Source of the DNA: a candidate division FCPU426 bacterium
GTDB lineage: Bacteria > Oederibacteriota > Muellerivitia > Muellerivitales > Muellerivitaceae
Direction of reading: 5' to 3'
Length of the DNA: 64,000 nucleotides
Assembly: GCA_963738405.1 (NCBI GenBank)
Contig: CAVTWJ010000022.1
Coordinates: forward strand, 32,001 to 96,000
Part shown: positions 19,963 to 31,400 of the stretch, piece by piece
Numbering within the stretch: the stretch's first letter is position 1
Layout of the letters: the number at the start of each line of letters is the position of its first letter
Position numbers and translations under genes: made by a program
The notes under the pieces: generated by a model
What the model was told of the DNA's origin: nothing
Database searches by the model: none
The model's input: the letters and a program-made list of their open reading frames with translations, nothing else

Positions 19963-20470
19963 GGCCTTAGACCAAAACAAAATTCCTTACATGGTGATTG
20001 GCGGCCAAGCCGTGCTGGTTTACGGCGAACCCCGTTTTACCAAAGACATCGACATCACTTTAGGAGCGGGAATCGAGCGCTTAGAAGACGTTCTCAAGAT
20101 CGTTGAATCCATCCATTGGAAGGTTCTGACACTAACGCCCGCCGATTTCGTCCAAAAAACCATGGTTCTCCCCTGCCAAGACCCCGCCAGCGGGGTGAGG
20201 CTTGATTTGGTTTTTTCCTTTTCCCCCTATGAACGCCAGGCCATGGATCGGGTTCGACGGATCAACTTCCTGGGCCGGGAAGTCCGATTTGCCTCGCCGG
20301 AGGATTTGATCATCCACAAGGTGGTCGCCGGCCGTCCCCGCGATTTGGAGGATGTAAGGGTGGTTCAATTGAAAAACCCGGGGATCGACCGGGCTTATAT
20401 CGAAAAGTGGCTTCGTGAATTTGAAACGGCTCTGGACAAACCCTTTGTGGAAACCTGGAAAAAGTTATAG
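19931..20470 (+). CDS. Nucleotidyltransferase (AbiEii/DUF6036-like)
   Basis: YMVIGGQAV..YGEPRFTKDIDI and SPEDLIIHK..AGRPRDLEDV. Confidence 0.85.
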   Translation: MFQALLAQLSEALDQNKIPYMVIGGQAVLVYGEPRFTKDIDITLGAGIERLEDVLKIVESIHWKVLTLTPADFVQKTMVLPCQDPASGVRLDLVFSFSPYERQAMDRVRRINFLGREVRFASPEDLIIHKVVAGRPRDLEDVRVVQLKNPGIDRAYIEKWLREFETALDKPFVETWKKL

Positions 20471-20532
20471 CCGTTTGGCCCGGCGAAACCTTCCCCGCTT
20501 CGATGACGCTAGGCGCTTTTCGTTGGGCAGGA

Positions 20533-21273
20533 TCAAGTCTGAGGGTTGGAAAGCTTTTCCTTATGCTCTTGATACAAGCGGCTATAGGCGGCCCAATAGG
20601 GATGATTCATCGGTATGTATTTTGAGAATCCCGCGAAAAATAAATCCATGGCCTTGAGCCCCCGATGGCGAAGGGTTTCGTGGAAGTCAATTTCGGCATG
20701 AACAGGCCGGGCTGGATTCCGCAAGTCAAACTCCCCTGTGTCGGGATTTAGGTAATCTTTAAAAACCTTATTCCCTTCCACAACTGTTTTTGATTTTCCG
20801 GAGGTCATCCCTTTCAGGCTTTCATCCAAGGGGCTCCTGCGCCGGGCGGGGGCTTGGCTTCGGCGGCGGTATTCCTTTAACAGCCCTGATTTGGGGCAAA
20901 CATAAAGGTCGCCGTTCCAAAGTTCATATGCTCCCCAAGGCCGCCTCGCGTAAATCTTCCCGCCTTCAACGATCACATGCCGATCGACGTAATCGAAGAC
21001 ATGGCCGCGGACGTGCTTTTGAACTGCGTTATCCATTCGGATGTTTTCGCAAATCTCGCCGAAAACCTTGTCCCAAGGCCGGCCCGTGTGTTTACGGAGG
21101 TACCGTTTGAGGGGCGCTAGATTCTCATTGAGATCCTTGAGATCGGTGTGTCCACGTTTCATGGATTGTTTGGAAGGCAACTCGTCGAATTCCCTGGCTT
21201 GCCGCCTTTTCTGGTCGCGGCCGCCGCCCCGGCGGGGTCGTTCCACGATCACTTTGCACATGTCGCTGCGCAT
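20533..21273 (-). CDS. Conserved hypothetical basic protein (MRxDMxKVIVERPR family)
   Basis: MRSDMCKVIVERPR, LNENLAPL.RYL....GRPWD.V..EI and LYVCP.SGLL; AAAGGA SD before ATG 21273. Confidence 0.7.
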   Translation of the reverse strand: MRSDMCKVIVERPRRGGGRDQKRRQAREFDELPSKQSMKRGHTDLKDLNENLAPLKRYLRKHTGRPWDKVFGEICENIRMDNAVQKHVRGHVFDYVDRHVIVEGGKIYARRPWGAYELWNGDLYVCPKSGLLKEYRRRSQAPARRRSPLDESLKGMTSGKSKTVVEGNKVFKDYLNPDTGEFDLRNPARPVHAEIDFHETLRHRGLKAMDLFFAGFSKYIPMNHPYWAAYSRLYQEHKEKLSNPQT

Positions 21274-21529
21274 GATCTTTTCCTTTGAAATCGAATGGTT
21301 CGAAATTTCGCCGCTGCACAAATTTCTTAGTAGGTAAGGGATTTGCGCAAAGCCTTTTTTGACGAATGGGCAACCGAATAAGTTTCAAGATGATGAAGCC
21401 GGTTCCCTGTGACAGCCGTTCTCCACACGGAGACACTCCTTAACCCTTCAAAGGCTTGAATTCTCCTAAAATATATTGTACTAAATATTGTGCAATTTAT
21501 ATAAACAGGAAAGGGTCAGGGGTATTTTT

Positions 21530-21934
21530 ATGCGTACCATTAGTCTCTGGGAGATTGAAAATTTATTCGGAATGGTCGTGAGGGTGCCCACGGGCCTTCA
21601 CTGGTCTAATCAAACCGGCGGTGTGCTTTGCAGCCACCCTGTCGTGGAAGGGATTTTCGTGCCCCTTCCCCAATACTGGTTTGCGGAGAATTCAATTGAA
21701 GATGAGATGGGTCCTATGAAGGGTGACGGGGATGTAAAGGCTTACAACCGCCGGGTGGCTGAGATTTTCCTGAATGCGAACCCGGAACTTCAAAAGCGCT
21801 TTGAATTTGACGAGAACTTCGAAGAAGGTGCCATGGAGGCATGGGTTCCGCTTAAAGTTCTGACGCCGGACGATGAAATTTTAAAATCCTTTCACGGATT
21901 ACCCGCCGTCATCACGTACGAAAACTCGGATTAG
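21530..21934 (+). CDS. DUF6210-like protein
   Basis: PTG..WSNQTGG..C.HP..EG..VP, EAWVP and C-terminal TYENSD. Confidence 0.65.
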   Translation: MRTISLWEIENLFGMVVRVPTGLHWSNQTGGVLCSHPVVEGIFVPLPQYWFAENSIEDEMGPMKGDGDVKAYNRRVAEIFLNANPELQKRFEFDENFEEGAMEAWVPLKVLTPDDEILKSFHGLPAVITYENSD

Positions 21935-22013
21935 GCTTTGTGTTTTTGGAGAGGACGGATTACCCAAGAACTTATAAACCCGGTCAAAAGAATTCAAAGA
22001 ATGGAATGGGATT

Positions 22014-22844
22014 ATGAAAACCGCGAATACCCAATTTAATAAAATAAATGGGTTTATGGATTCGGACGCGGCCCAAGAACTCGAAGAAATCGTAAAGCGT
22101 GTGGTGGCCCGCTTTCATCCCGATAAAATCATCCTTTATGGCTCCTTTGCATATGGGATTCCCCACGCGGAAAGCGATTTTGACCTGCTCGTGATTTTGC
22201 CCGAACCGCCATCCAGCCAAGCGGGTTGGGAAACCGCCTATGAAATGCAGATCAAGCGCATGCTCCAATTAATCTTCATGAAACCTGCGGTATTCGAGGA
22301 AGAAAAGGATGTGGTAGGCGGACTAGCCTATCCCGCGCACCATTGGGGAAAAGAGCTCTATTCCTGTCCGCCGGAACCAACCCGGCAATTCCTGATGGAC
22401 ACCGCGCACCGGACAAGGGAACAAGTCATTTGGGATTTCATTCAAGGCTGGCTCAAGAGGGCGAAAAGCCGGTTGACGATGATAGGGATTTCCCTGAAAC
22501 AGGATTCCGAGGATTATTTCTACGCCGGGTTCTACGCGCAAATGACGGTGGAGAGCTATCTGAGGGCTTTCCTGGCTTGGCGGCAGGTTCCCAATACCAA
22601 AACGCGCGAGATCCAAAAGTACTTGGCCCTTTTGCCGGCGGAAGACGCTTCCCTGGCGGGGAAGCTTGCCGAAGCGGATTGGTTGAGCCCCTATGGGGAA
22701 GATTTTCCTGATCCAGCCGATCCCCCGATGGACCGGGAAACGGCCCTCAAGGCGGAAATTGAAGCCAAACGGGTTCAAGGCTTGATATTGGAACGATTGG
22801 GAAGTTACTTGGCCCAAGGGCGGCCTGGTTTTCAGGGTGGGTAA
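22014..22844 (+). CDS. Fused minimal nucleotidyltransferase (MNT)-HEPN protein
   Basis: IILYGSFAYG....ESDFDLLVI, then WL.RA...L, FYAQ..VE.YL.AFL HEPN helices; start may be 22056. Confidence 0.8.
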   Translation: MKTANTQFNKINGFMDSDAAQELEEIVKRVVARFHPDKIILYGSFAYGIPHAESDFDLLVILPEPPSSQAGWETAYEMQIKRMLQLIFMKPAVFEEEKDVVGGLAYPAHHWGKELYSCPPEPTRQFLMDTAHRTREQVIWDFIQGWLKRAKSRLTMIGISLKQDSEDYFYAGFYAQMTVESYLRAFLAWRQVPNTKTREIQKYLALLPAEDASLAGKLAEADWLSPYGEDFPDPADPPMDRETALKAEIEAKRVQGLILERLGSYLAQGRPGFQGG

Positions 22845-22943
22845 GCTTCGTGACAGGGCCCCAAGCGGGGGATTCGGTTTACTCGCCCCCGGGCTCTTTG
22901 TTAGAGGGTGATATAATCTTTTTAAATTTAAGGGAGGGACGCC

Positions 22944-23192
22944 ATGGAGCACCAGCATTACAAATTCGACCGGATTACCTTCGATCCGGAAAAATGTTTT
23001 GGGAAACCTTGTATCCGAGGCTTTCGCATGTCCGTGGCCTCTATTTTGGGGTATATGGGCGGGGGCATGACCATCCCTGAAATCCTGAAGGAATGGCCCG
23101 AACTTGAGAAGGAAGACATCCTGCAGGCCCTCTCCTACGCGGCGTTGGAAACCGAGGAGCGGTTTATTCCAGCACAACCCTTTCCAATATGA
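22944..23192 (+). CDS. DUF433 antitoxin-like protein
   Basis: RITFDP..C.GKPCIRG.R..V..IL...G.T..EIL...PELE.EDI..AL.YAA. Confidence 0.9.
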   Translation: MEHQHYKFDRITFDPEKCFGKPCIRGFRMSVASILGYMGGGMTIPEILKEWPELEKEDILQALSYAALETEERFIPAQPFPI

Positions 23193-23233
23193 TTCAGGGG
23201 ATCTCGAGCGTGAAATGAATGGATAAGGGCGTC

Positions 23234-23262
23234 TTGCCCGCCCAAAACTGTGATGATATATT
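23234..23262 (+). promoter_or_regulatory. Sigma70-type promoter, leaderless TA transcript
   Basis: TTGCCC-17bp-TATATT with extended TG, 6 nt before ATG 23269. Confidence 0.55.
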
Positions 23263-23268
23263 TTAACT

Positions 23269-23451
23269 ATGACCCTTAAAAACATCGAAGGCGCTGTCCG
23301 AAAACTAAAGCTCGAAGATCAAAGAAAATTCCTGCGCGACCTGCCCGCACTCCTGGGAATATCCTCGGAAGACATGGCTCGGTTAAAGACCGCCGAGAAA
23401 GCCTTCGATTTTTGGGACAACCCCGAAGACGCGGAATATGACTCCCTATAA
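23269..23451 (+). CDS. Putative antitoxin
   Basis: 60 aa with acidic tail AFDFWDNPEDAEYD; overlaps the MazF-like gene. Confidence 0.75.
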   Translation: MTLKNIEGAVRKLKLEDQRKFLRDLPALLGISSEDMARLKTAEKAFDFWDNPEDAEYDSL

Positions 23452-23959
23452 TCGCGGCGACGTTGTTCTTGTGGCATTTCCATTCACTGATCTAACCACC
23501 CAAAAGATGCGCCCTGCTCTTGTTTTATCCTCGAACTCATTCAATCGCGATGGATTGGATGTTATTCTGGCCGGTATCACCTCCCAAACCGGAAAATCAG
23601 CGCTCGGTTCGGATATTTTGTTGTCTCCCGAAGATCAAATCCACGCGGGCCTTCGAAAACCCTCCATCGTTCGACTCGGAAAGCTTGTGACCCTGGATCA
23701 TCGGTTGATTCGTGGGAATCTGGGTAAAATACCTGAATCCACCTTAGCCCAATTGACCCTTGTTTTACATAATCTATTGTCGTCTGACCAAAAGGGTGAG
23801 GGATTTTACGGTGCCCAAGAACCACCAGCCGTTTACGCTGCCCCTGCCTCGAGACATCAAGTTGAGAGGCGAGGTTTGGGTGTGCCGGGCCGTAAGTTAA
23901 ATGGGCCCGGCGATGGAAAAACTCGGAAGAAAAAAACAGGAACAAAGAAGAAAAAGTAG
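23438..23959 (+). CDS. PemK/MazF family toxin with a C-terminal extension
   Basis: RGDVVLVAFPFTD...KMRPALVLS, ITS and GL.KPS.VR..KL.TL. Confidence 0.9.
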   Translation: MTPYNRGDVVLVAFPFTDLTTQKMRPALVLSSNSFNRDGLDVILAGITSQTGKSALGSDILLSPEDQIHAGLRKPSIVRLGKLVTLDHRLIRGNLGKIPESTLAQLTLVLHNLLSSDQKGEGFYGAQEPPAVYAAPASRHQVERRGLGVPGRKLNGPGDGKTRKKKTGTKKKK

Positions 23960-24035
23960 TGTTGTAGATAATCTTCGTTTGAAGTTTGCTAGCTTTACCT
24001 GTCGACTGCCAACTGCCGACCGTGGACTGTCTTTG

Positions 24036-27000
24036 TCAGTGAATCACAACCACTTTCCCGCCGTACACCACAGCCCCCACATGGACCTGGTAGATATAGA
24101 GGCCCGAGGCCACTTGGGAACCGCTGGTATTCACCAAGTCCCATTCCACCTGGTTGAGACCCGCATTGCCCGATAGGTTGGCGGAATAGACCCTTTCCCC
24201 CAGGATGTTGTAGAGGTTGATCTGGATCGGGGCCGATTGCTGTAAATTGACTTTGAAGTTGACCGGCTCACCGCTCACCGAAATGTTCGGCGCGGCGATC
24301 ACCACCCGGCCATTCCAATTTGTCACTGTTCCGGTGGGTGTCGCTTGATCCCCTTCCCTTGCCTGGCCGCCCGTGTTGGGTGTGGGCGTACTCGTTGGAG
24401 TGTTGGTCGGGATCGGCGTGACCGTCGGCAGGAAACTACCAGACACCTGTACCAGGTTGAAACAAGCCAGGGCACAATTGGCGCTTCGCCCAGCCCAGGT
24501 CACCACGTAATTCCCCGCGTTCAGGTTCCAATAACGGGTCGAGATTCCCCCGATATGGCCGTTGACGTCCTCGGTGTGCAGGGCCGTTCCCAACGACTGC
24601 ACTACGGTGTACTGATTCGCGTAATTGTATGTATCAAGCGCTCCCTGGATCTGGACATTCCAGGTGTTGGAGGAAACGTTCGGCGCCGACACCGAGGCCG
24701 AAATCTTGTAGGCCCCGCTGGAGGGCACGTTTACTGAGTAACTCTGTGACCCGGCCCCGGTCGTTGAGTAAATATAGGTCGTACCATCCGAAGCCGTCGC
24801 CACCGCCAGGGGAGACGAAACTCCGCTTCCGTCCGCCAAGTACCCGCAGGTGTCCGACAAACTCGGGGTAAATGTCGAAGTCGGGGTCAGGGTGGAGGTC
24901 GGCGTCCGAGTGTTGGTAGCCGTCCGAGTCAGAGTCGCTGTCTTGGTCGGTGTGGTTGTTGGCGTTGAAGTTATAGTTTGGGTAGGTGACAGGGTATTGG
25001 TGGCCGTGTACCAGGTTCCGGTAGGTGTGGTCGTAGCTGTTGGTGTTATTGTTTTCGTTGCCGTGGGTGTGGCCGTGGACATGAAGCTGGTGGAGGTCTG
25101 CACCATGGTGAAACATGCCAGGGCGCAGTTGGCGGCTCGCCCACCCCAGATCACCATGTAAGTTCCCGCGTTCAGGTTCCAATAACGGGTCGAGATTCCC
25201 CCAATATGTCCGTTGACATCCTCCGTGTGAAGAACCGTCCCTAACGATTGCACCACCGTGTATTGATTGGCGTAATCTTCGATGTCGAGGGCCCCAAGGA
25301 TTTGCACATTCCAGCTGTTAGAGGCGGCGTTCGGCGCCGAAACGGATGCTGTCATCTTATAAGTTCCGCTGGAGGGGATATTCACCGCGTAGGTCACCGC
25401 CCCTGTTCCGCTTGTGGAGTAGACATAGGTCGTTCCAGACGACGCCTCCACAGCCCAAGTCAAGGGTGCCGACACTCCCGAGCCATCCGCCAGATACCCG
25501 CAAGCGCCGGACGGGTTGGGCGTAAGCGTGCTGGTGGCTGTTGGGGTCGCTGTCGCCAAGGCCGGTACCACAAAATACTGCGTCGCGTAATTATTGGTGT
25601 CTGAAACACCCTGAATCGTCACATACCAGGCGTTATGCAAATCGGTGCCAGGCGTGGGGTTGGGCGTGGCCGTTGCGGCAGGTTGGGTGCCAATCGGTGT
25701 CGCCGTGCTGGTTGGAATGGGCGTGGCGGTTGGCATGAAACTGTCTGAGACTTTCACCAGGTTGAAGCAGGACAAATCGCAATTGGTGTACCGGCCTGTC
25801 CAGCTCCACCACGTATTCGCCCGCGTTCAGGTTCCAGTAGCGGGTCGATGTTCCACCCACATGACCTGTCACATCCATGGAATAGAGGGGAGACCCGGCC
25901 GTGGCCGTCATCTTATAGGCACCACTCGAAGGCACGATTACCGTGAAATCCGCTTCGCCCGCGTTTAAAACAGTCGCGTAGATATAGGTCGTTCCGTTTC
26001 CATCCACTCCGCTCGCCAAGGGCGGCACGACCCCGCCACCATCCGCCAAATACCCGCAAGAACCTTGCGGGTTCGGCGTCAGGGTGGAAGTGGAAGTCAC
26101 CGTCGGAGAATCGGTCGGGCTGGGTGTATAGGTGGGCGTATCCGTTGTAGCGGGAGTGTTGGTGGGCGAATCCGTGGGTGTGTCTGTGATGGTTGGGGTA
26201 TCGGTCGGAGTGTCTGTGGTCGTGTCCGTTGGCGTGTCGGTGAGGGTATTCGTGGACGAATCGGTAGGCGTTTGGGTTTGAGTAAAGGTCAGCGTGGCCG
26301 TCTGGGTGAAAGTCAACGTGGCGGTGCGTGTGACCGTCGGGGTCGGTGTTTGGGAGTTGATGGCGTTTTGGGTCGCCGTCGCGTTGGCGTTAGCCGTGGC
26401 AGTGCCATTTGCATTAGCAGTGGCGGTCGCGTAAACGCTATTAAAGGCATAAGCGCCAATATCCCAACTGGATCTTGTGGCCCCCGTGTAATCATCCGTG
26501 AAAGTTCCACTCAAATTAGCCCCCCTGCCCACACAGGTGGCTCCGGCGTTTATATTTAAATTCTCGCTGCCGGATAAGGAGTTAAAGAATTCTTTGGCCG
26601 CCGTGGAAATATAACTGCTGGTTATGGTCTTGATATAGCTCGCGGAGGGGGTCGAGGCATAAACGCAATTCACAAGGGTCCAGGATGTGCTGACGCTTCC
26701 CACAAAGTCGGCTCCTGAATCAAAAAACGCGCAGTTAGTAATGGCCGCGGCCCCGTTTGAACCCGTCGCGGTGATACCGGCCGTATTGTTCACAAAATCG
26801 CAATTAGCAAAAATCGGCAGGGTCCCGCCGTTATCTTGTTCTTCCCACCACCCGTAATTAAGACAATCCACAAAAAGACAATTGTGGAATGTCGGAGAAT
26901 AGTTCCCGTTATTGGAAAGAACTCCCGAGGCGGTTCCGTGTCCGATAAAGGCGCAACGATCAAAATAAAGTTTGTCGGTAGAGGCGCTGTCCACAAAAAG

Positions 27001-28119
27001 ATTATCTGAAGCCGCAGACTCGAAAGTACAACCAACGAATGTCACCGGGTCATTTGTAAAATTGGCAAAGAACTGGCTTGTAATCGCTTTCGGCGTTCCC
27101 ACAACACCGTGATAAAAATTGACATTATAAAAGGTTAGGAAATAAGAATTATTCCCCGGTCCATAGACATCCCATGTCGCGGAGTTTAAAAACATGGTTA
27201 CTGGTGACGCGGCTGTTACACAATCACCAGTTGCCAGTGTGACCGGAAGAGTCTCCGTTGTATTAGAGAAAATTTGAAACGTCACAGTTCCTGAGGCTGC
27301 TGCTGCAGCAGCTTGCAAAGTAGAATAAAAAACAGAAGTTTTTAGATTTTCAACCGCATTGCTGGGAGTGTTGGTTATAGTCGGCGAATTCGTGACTGTC
27401 GGGGTATTCGTTTTTGTCGGCGTGTTAGTAATGGTAAATGTGGGTGTAAAAGTATATGTAGGCCCACCGGGCGTCCAAGTTGGAGTTAGACTCGGGGTTG
27501 GGGTCGAAGTATTAGGAGAAGCAACAGTAAAAGAAGCATGCGCGTAACCTGGACCGTTTGTCCCAGTACAAGTTTGCATATAATTCTCACCGACTACCGC
27601 CACTAAATTGTAAGTCCCTGGGGTAAACGTGCTAGGAATCGTCACATTGAAAACCTGGGTAACGGGAGTTGCTGTCGTGAATGAATAACTCGTATTCCAA
27701 CCGTTGGCCGATGTATCAGCTTGGGTGCAATTTGTTGGGCCGAAAGGAGTTCCTGAACCAGAATTAGTGTCCACGAGTAAATATTGATTAGTTGAACCAC
27801 AGGCTTGTGCAGTCGTGGTGCCAATCGGCTCCGTCATAATTTCTAAATACTGTCCTTGGTAATAATTCGAATCGTTGTATATAAGAGTGACACCTGCTAA
27901 TTGGCTACCAGCTGTTCCCGTGGTGTTGGCAAGATTTAATGTGACAGTAGGCGTAGCCAACAACAATCCCGGGATCAATGCAAGAACTACTGCCAAGACA
28001 ATCACCATCGAATAACCTAACTTTTCGGAAATTAAGGTGCTTTTTCCCAAGTTCGGCTTAACCTTCAAGCCAACCGCCAAAAAACGTGCAAAAATAAATT
28101 GTGGAATTTTTCCGATCAC
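24036..28119 (-). pseudogene. Large secreted Thr/Pro-linker protein (beta-helix-like domain, 3 CBM-like repeats, FlgD/T9SS-like CTD), split by a 1-nt insertion near 25806
   Basis: ORFs 25633..28119 and 24036..25775 join if one G is removed (GTG-GTG-G-AGC-TGG versus paralog GTA-GTG-AGC-TGG); could be an assembly error. Confidence 0.8.
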
Positions 28120-28401
28120 GGGAACCTCGGTTTATTCGTTTTTCAGGAGACTGTTTCTACATCTTGTAGGTGTGGTTGAGGCCGACACTTGCAGGTGGGG
28201 CGGTAGGTGTGACCGATTGCCTATTTAAACTTTACATCTTTGTAATAGGGGTAAATATGACCCATATCACTCAAAGGTAACTGTTTAACTAAATTATACA
28301 ACTTTTGGAGAAAATTGAGACCAAAATACTTTTTTAGTAATTTGGTGATCTGAATTGCTTGTAATTACCATCAAAAAGAACTTCTAACTTCTTCCAAATT
28401 G

Positions 28402-31400
28402 TTAGTGGATAACAACGACTTTCCCGCTGTAGGCCATTACCCCTACTCGAACTTGGTAGATATAGAGGCCCGAGGCTACTTGGGTTCCACTGGCATTTGC
28501 CAAGTCCCATTCGATCTGGTTCAACCCCATTTGGCCTTGAAGGGTTGCGGTATAAACCTGCTCCCCGAGGATGCTATAGAGAATCAGGTGAACCTCTGTG
28601 GATTGCTTCAAGTTGACCCTGAATTGAATAGGCGTTCCATTTGAGGAAATGTTCGGCGCGGCTACTACCTCCGGACCCGTCCAAGGCGTTCCGGTCGAAG
28701 TTGCAGAAACGGTAGGCGTTTCATCCGTCACATCACCATTCAACGAAGAATGCCCTTGGTTTGGAGAGGGTGTGAATGTCGGGGTTGTAGTCGGCGTTAA
28801 TGTTTTCGTCGTGGTGAAGGTAGGCGTGGGAAAGAAGCCGGTAGATGTCCGCACCAGGCTAAAACAGGCTAAAGCGCAATTGGCGCTACGACCTCCCCAT
28901 GTCACTACGTAATTTCCCGCATTCAGGTTCCAATACCGCGTTGAGGTTCCCCCAATGTGGCCATTCACGTCTTCCGTGTGCAGAGCGGTTTTCAGGGTTT
29001 GCACCACGAAATATTGATTCCCGTAATTGGTGTTGTCCATCACACCTTGGATCTGGACATTCCAGCTGTTGGAAGAAGCGCTTGGCGCCGACACAGAGGC
29101 CGACATCTTGTAGGTCCCGCTGACGGGGATGTTTACCGTGTAATTCTGTGACCCAGCCCCGGTGGTTGAGTAAATATAGGTCGTACCGTCTCCCGCAACC
29201 CCTACCGCCAGGGGTGAGGCCACCCCGCTCCCATCCGCCAAATAACCGCAGGCCCCGGTTGGGTTCGGTGTAAGGGTACTTGTAGCAGTCGGGGTCGCCG
29301 TCGCTAGAGGCAGAACCACAAAATACTGAGTCGGATAATTGTTCGTATCTGAAACACCCTGGATCGTGACATACCAGGCATCATGCAAATCGGTGCCCGG
29401 CGTGGGGTTGGGGTTGGGCGTGGACGTAGCCGCAGGTAGAGTTCCCACCGGTGTCGCCGTGCCGGTTGGAATGGGCGTGGCGGTTGGCATGAAGCTGTCC
29501 GAGACTTTCACCAGGTTGAAGCAGGACAAATCGCAATGGGTGTACCGGCCTGTCCAGCTCACTACATATTCGCCCGCGTTCAGGTTCCAGTAGCGGGTTG
29601 ATGTTCCACCCACATGGCCCGTGACATCCATGGAATAGAGAGGAGACCCCGCTGTAGCCGTCATCTTGTAGGCTCCGCTCGAAGGCACCACCACTGTGAA
29701 ATCCGCCTCACCAGATCCAAGAACGGTCGTGTAGATATAGGTCGTTCCGTTTCCATCCACTCCAGTCGCCAGGGGCGCTGAGACCCCGCCGCCATCCGCC
29801 AAATATCCGCACCCCGCAACGGACGGGTTCGGTGTCAGGGTGGAAGTACTGGTCACTGTCGGGGAATTGGTGGATGTAAAGGTGTCTGTGATCGTAAAGG
29901 TCGGCGTGTCCGTAACAGTCAGTGTATTCGTCGATGTGACGGTGCTGGTAGGCGTGTCAGTGACCGTGGGAAAGTTGGTAACCGTATAGGTGCTCGTGGA
30001 TGTGGATGTAACCGTGGGGGAATCCGTAACGGTAAAGGTAGCGGTGGAAGTAGGGGTAATAGTAGGCGAATCCGTAACCGTATTGGTTGAGGTGAAGGTT
30101 TGAGTGTCGGTCGAGGTCGAAGTGGACGTGGAGGTTTGGGTAAAGGTCGGGGTATTGGTGACCGTATCGGTCAGGGTGGAAGTCTGCGTGGCTGTCGGGC
30201 TGTCGGTGGGCGTGGTGGTTTGAGTGGAAGTGGCAGTCACGGTCGGGGAATCCGTTGGAGTAGCCGTCTGAGTATGGGTTGAAGTCGCGGTTTGTGTATT
30301 CGTCGTAGTGTCCGTTTGGGTGTTGGAAGAAGTAGCAGTCTGGCTATTGGTAGGCGTAGCCGTCTGGGTGCTCGTCGAAGTCGACGTTTGGGTATTCGTT
30401 AAAGTCGCCGTTGGGGTGTAGGTGGTGGTATAGGTCGGCGTGGCGGTGGGGGTAGGCGTCGGGGTTTTGGTGTTGGTAGGCGTTCCCGTGAAGGTGCTCA
30501 AGGGCGTCAGGGCGCAGTTGCCCATGTTGAATTTGTAGACCAGGCTGTTGTTGTTATCCACGGCGAACCAATTGCCGTTGCTGTCGGCGGCGACGCCTTC
30601 CGCGTCGGTAAAGGCCCCGGAAGTGCCTTGGGTCGTGATACCGATGACCCCTCCGGTGATATTGTTGTAAAGTCCCACTTCCCCGGCCCCGTCGGAAACG
30701 TAAATATCGGTCACGCCGCCGGTGGAACCCAGAGATAGAAACTCGATGCCCGACAGGCCGTTGCTGGTGTCGATTTGAAGTTGAAGCGCTGTTCCCTTGC
30801 CGTTGAAACGGTAGACCTGCTGGGTCGAATCATCTCCCACATAAATATCACCACCAGCGTCCAGGGCCAAACCCGTGGGGCTGGTAAAGGTCACGGGGCT
30901 ATGATCGGTCGGCCCCCCGAATTGTTTATTCAAGGCTCCGGTGTTATCCAGAAGGACAACCCGTGAATTGTTGTTATCGGCCACATAAACCGTGGTTCCC
31001 GCCGAATTGACCGCGATGCCGTAGGGGTTGTTGAACCCCAAGGTTCCCCCCCATTGAACGTTGCTGGAACCCGCCGCGTGGCTGGTGCCATAGCCCCAGC
31101 TGACATCCACCAGGTTGTTGTTGGAGTCGGTCACATAAACCTTTTCCGACCCATCGACGGCGATGCCGAAGGGACTGCTGGCACCGTTGGACCCGCCCGG
31201 CACCGACCAGCTAGTGACCGCGGAACCGGAGGCCACGCTGAACACATCCACCGTGCTATTAGCCCCATCCGCCACATATAGGTAGGTTCCCGCCGAATCC
31301 TCAGCAGCTCCCCAGGGGTCGGTATCGCCCGATTCCCACAAACTCAGGCAATTCCATGCGGCCGGCGGGGTTTTGGTGGGGGTGAAGGTAACCGTAGGAG

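Noticed and set aside
22323..23285. 320 aa minus-strand ORF (likewise 60118..61200, 41230..41970, 33577..34284)
   Set aside because: Antisense to well-supported genes, with no motifs.
23998..24030. 7-bp CTGYCRA-like tandem repeat
   Set aside because: Only about four degenerate units between convergent genes; too short to interpret.
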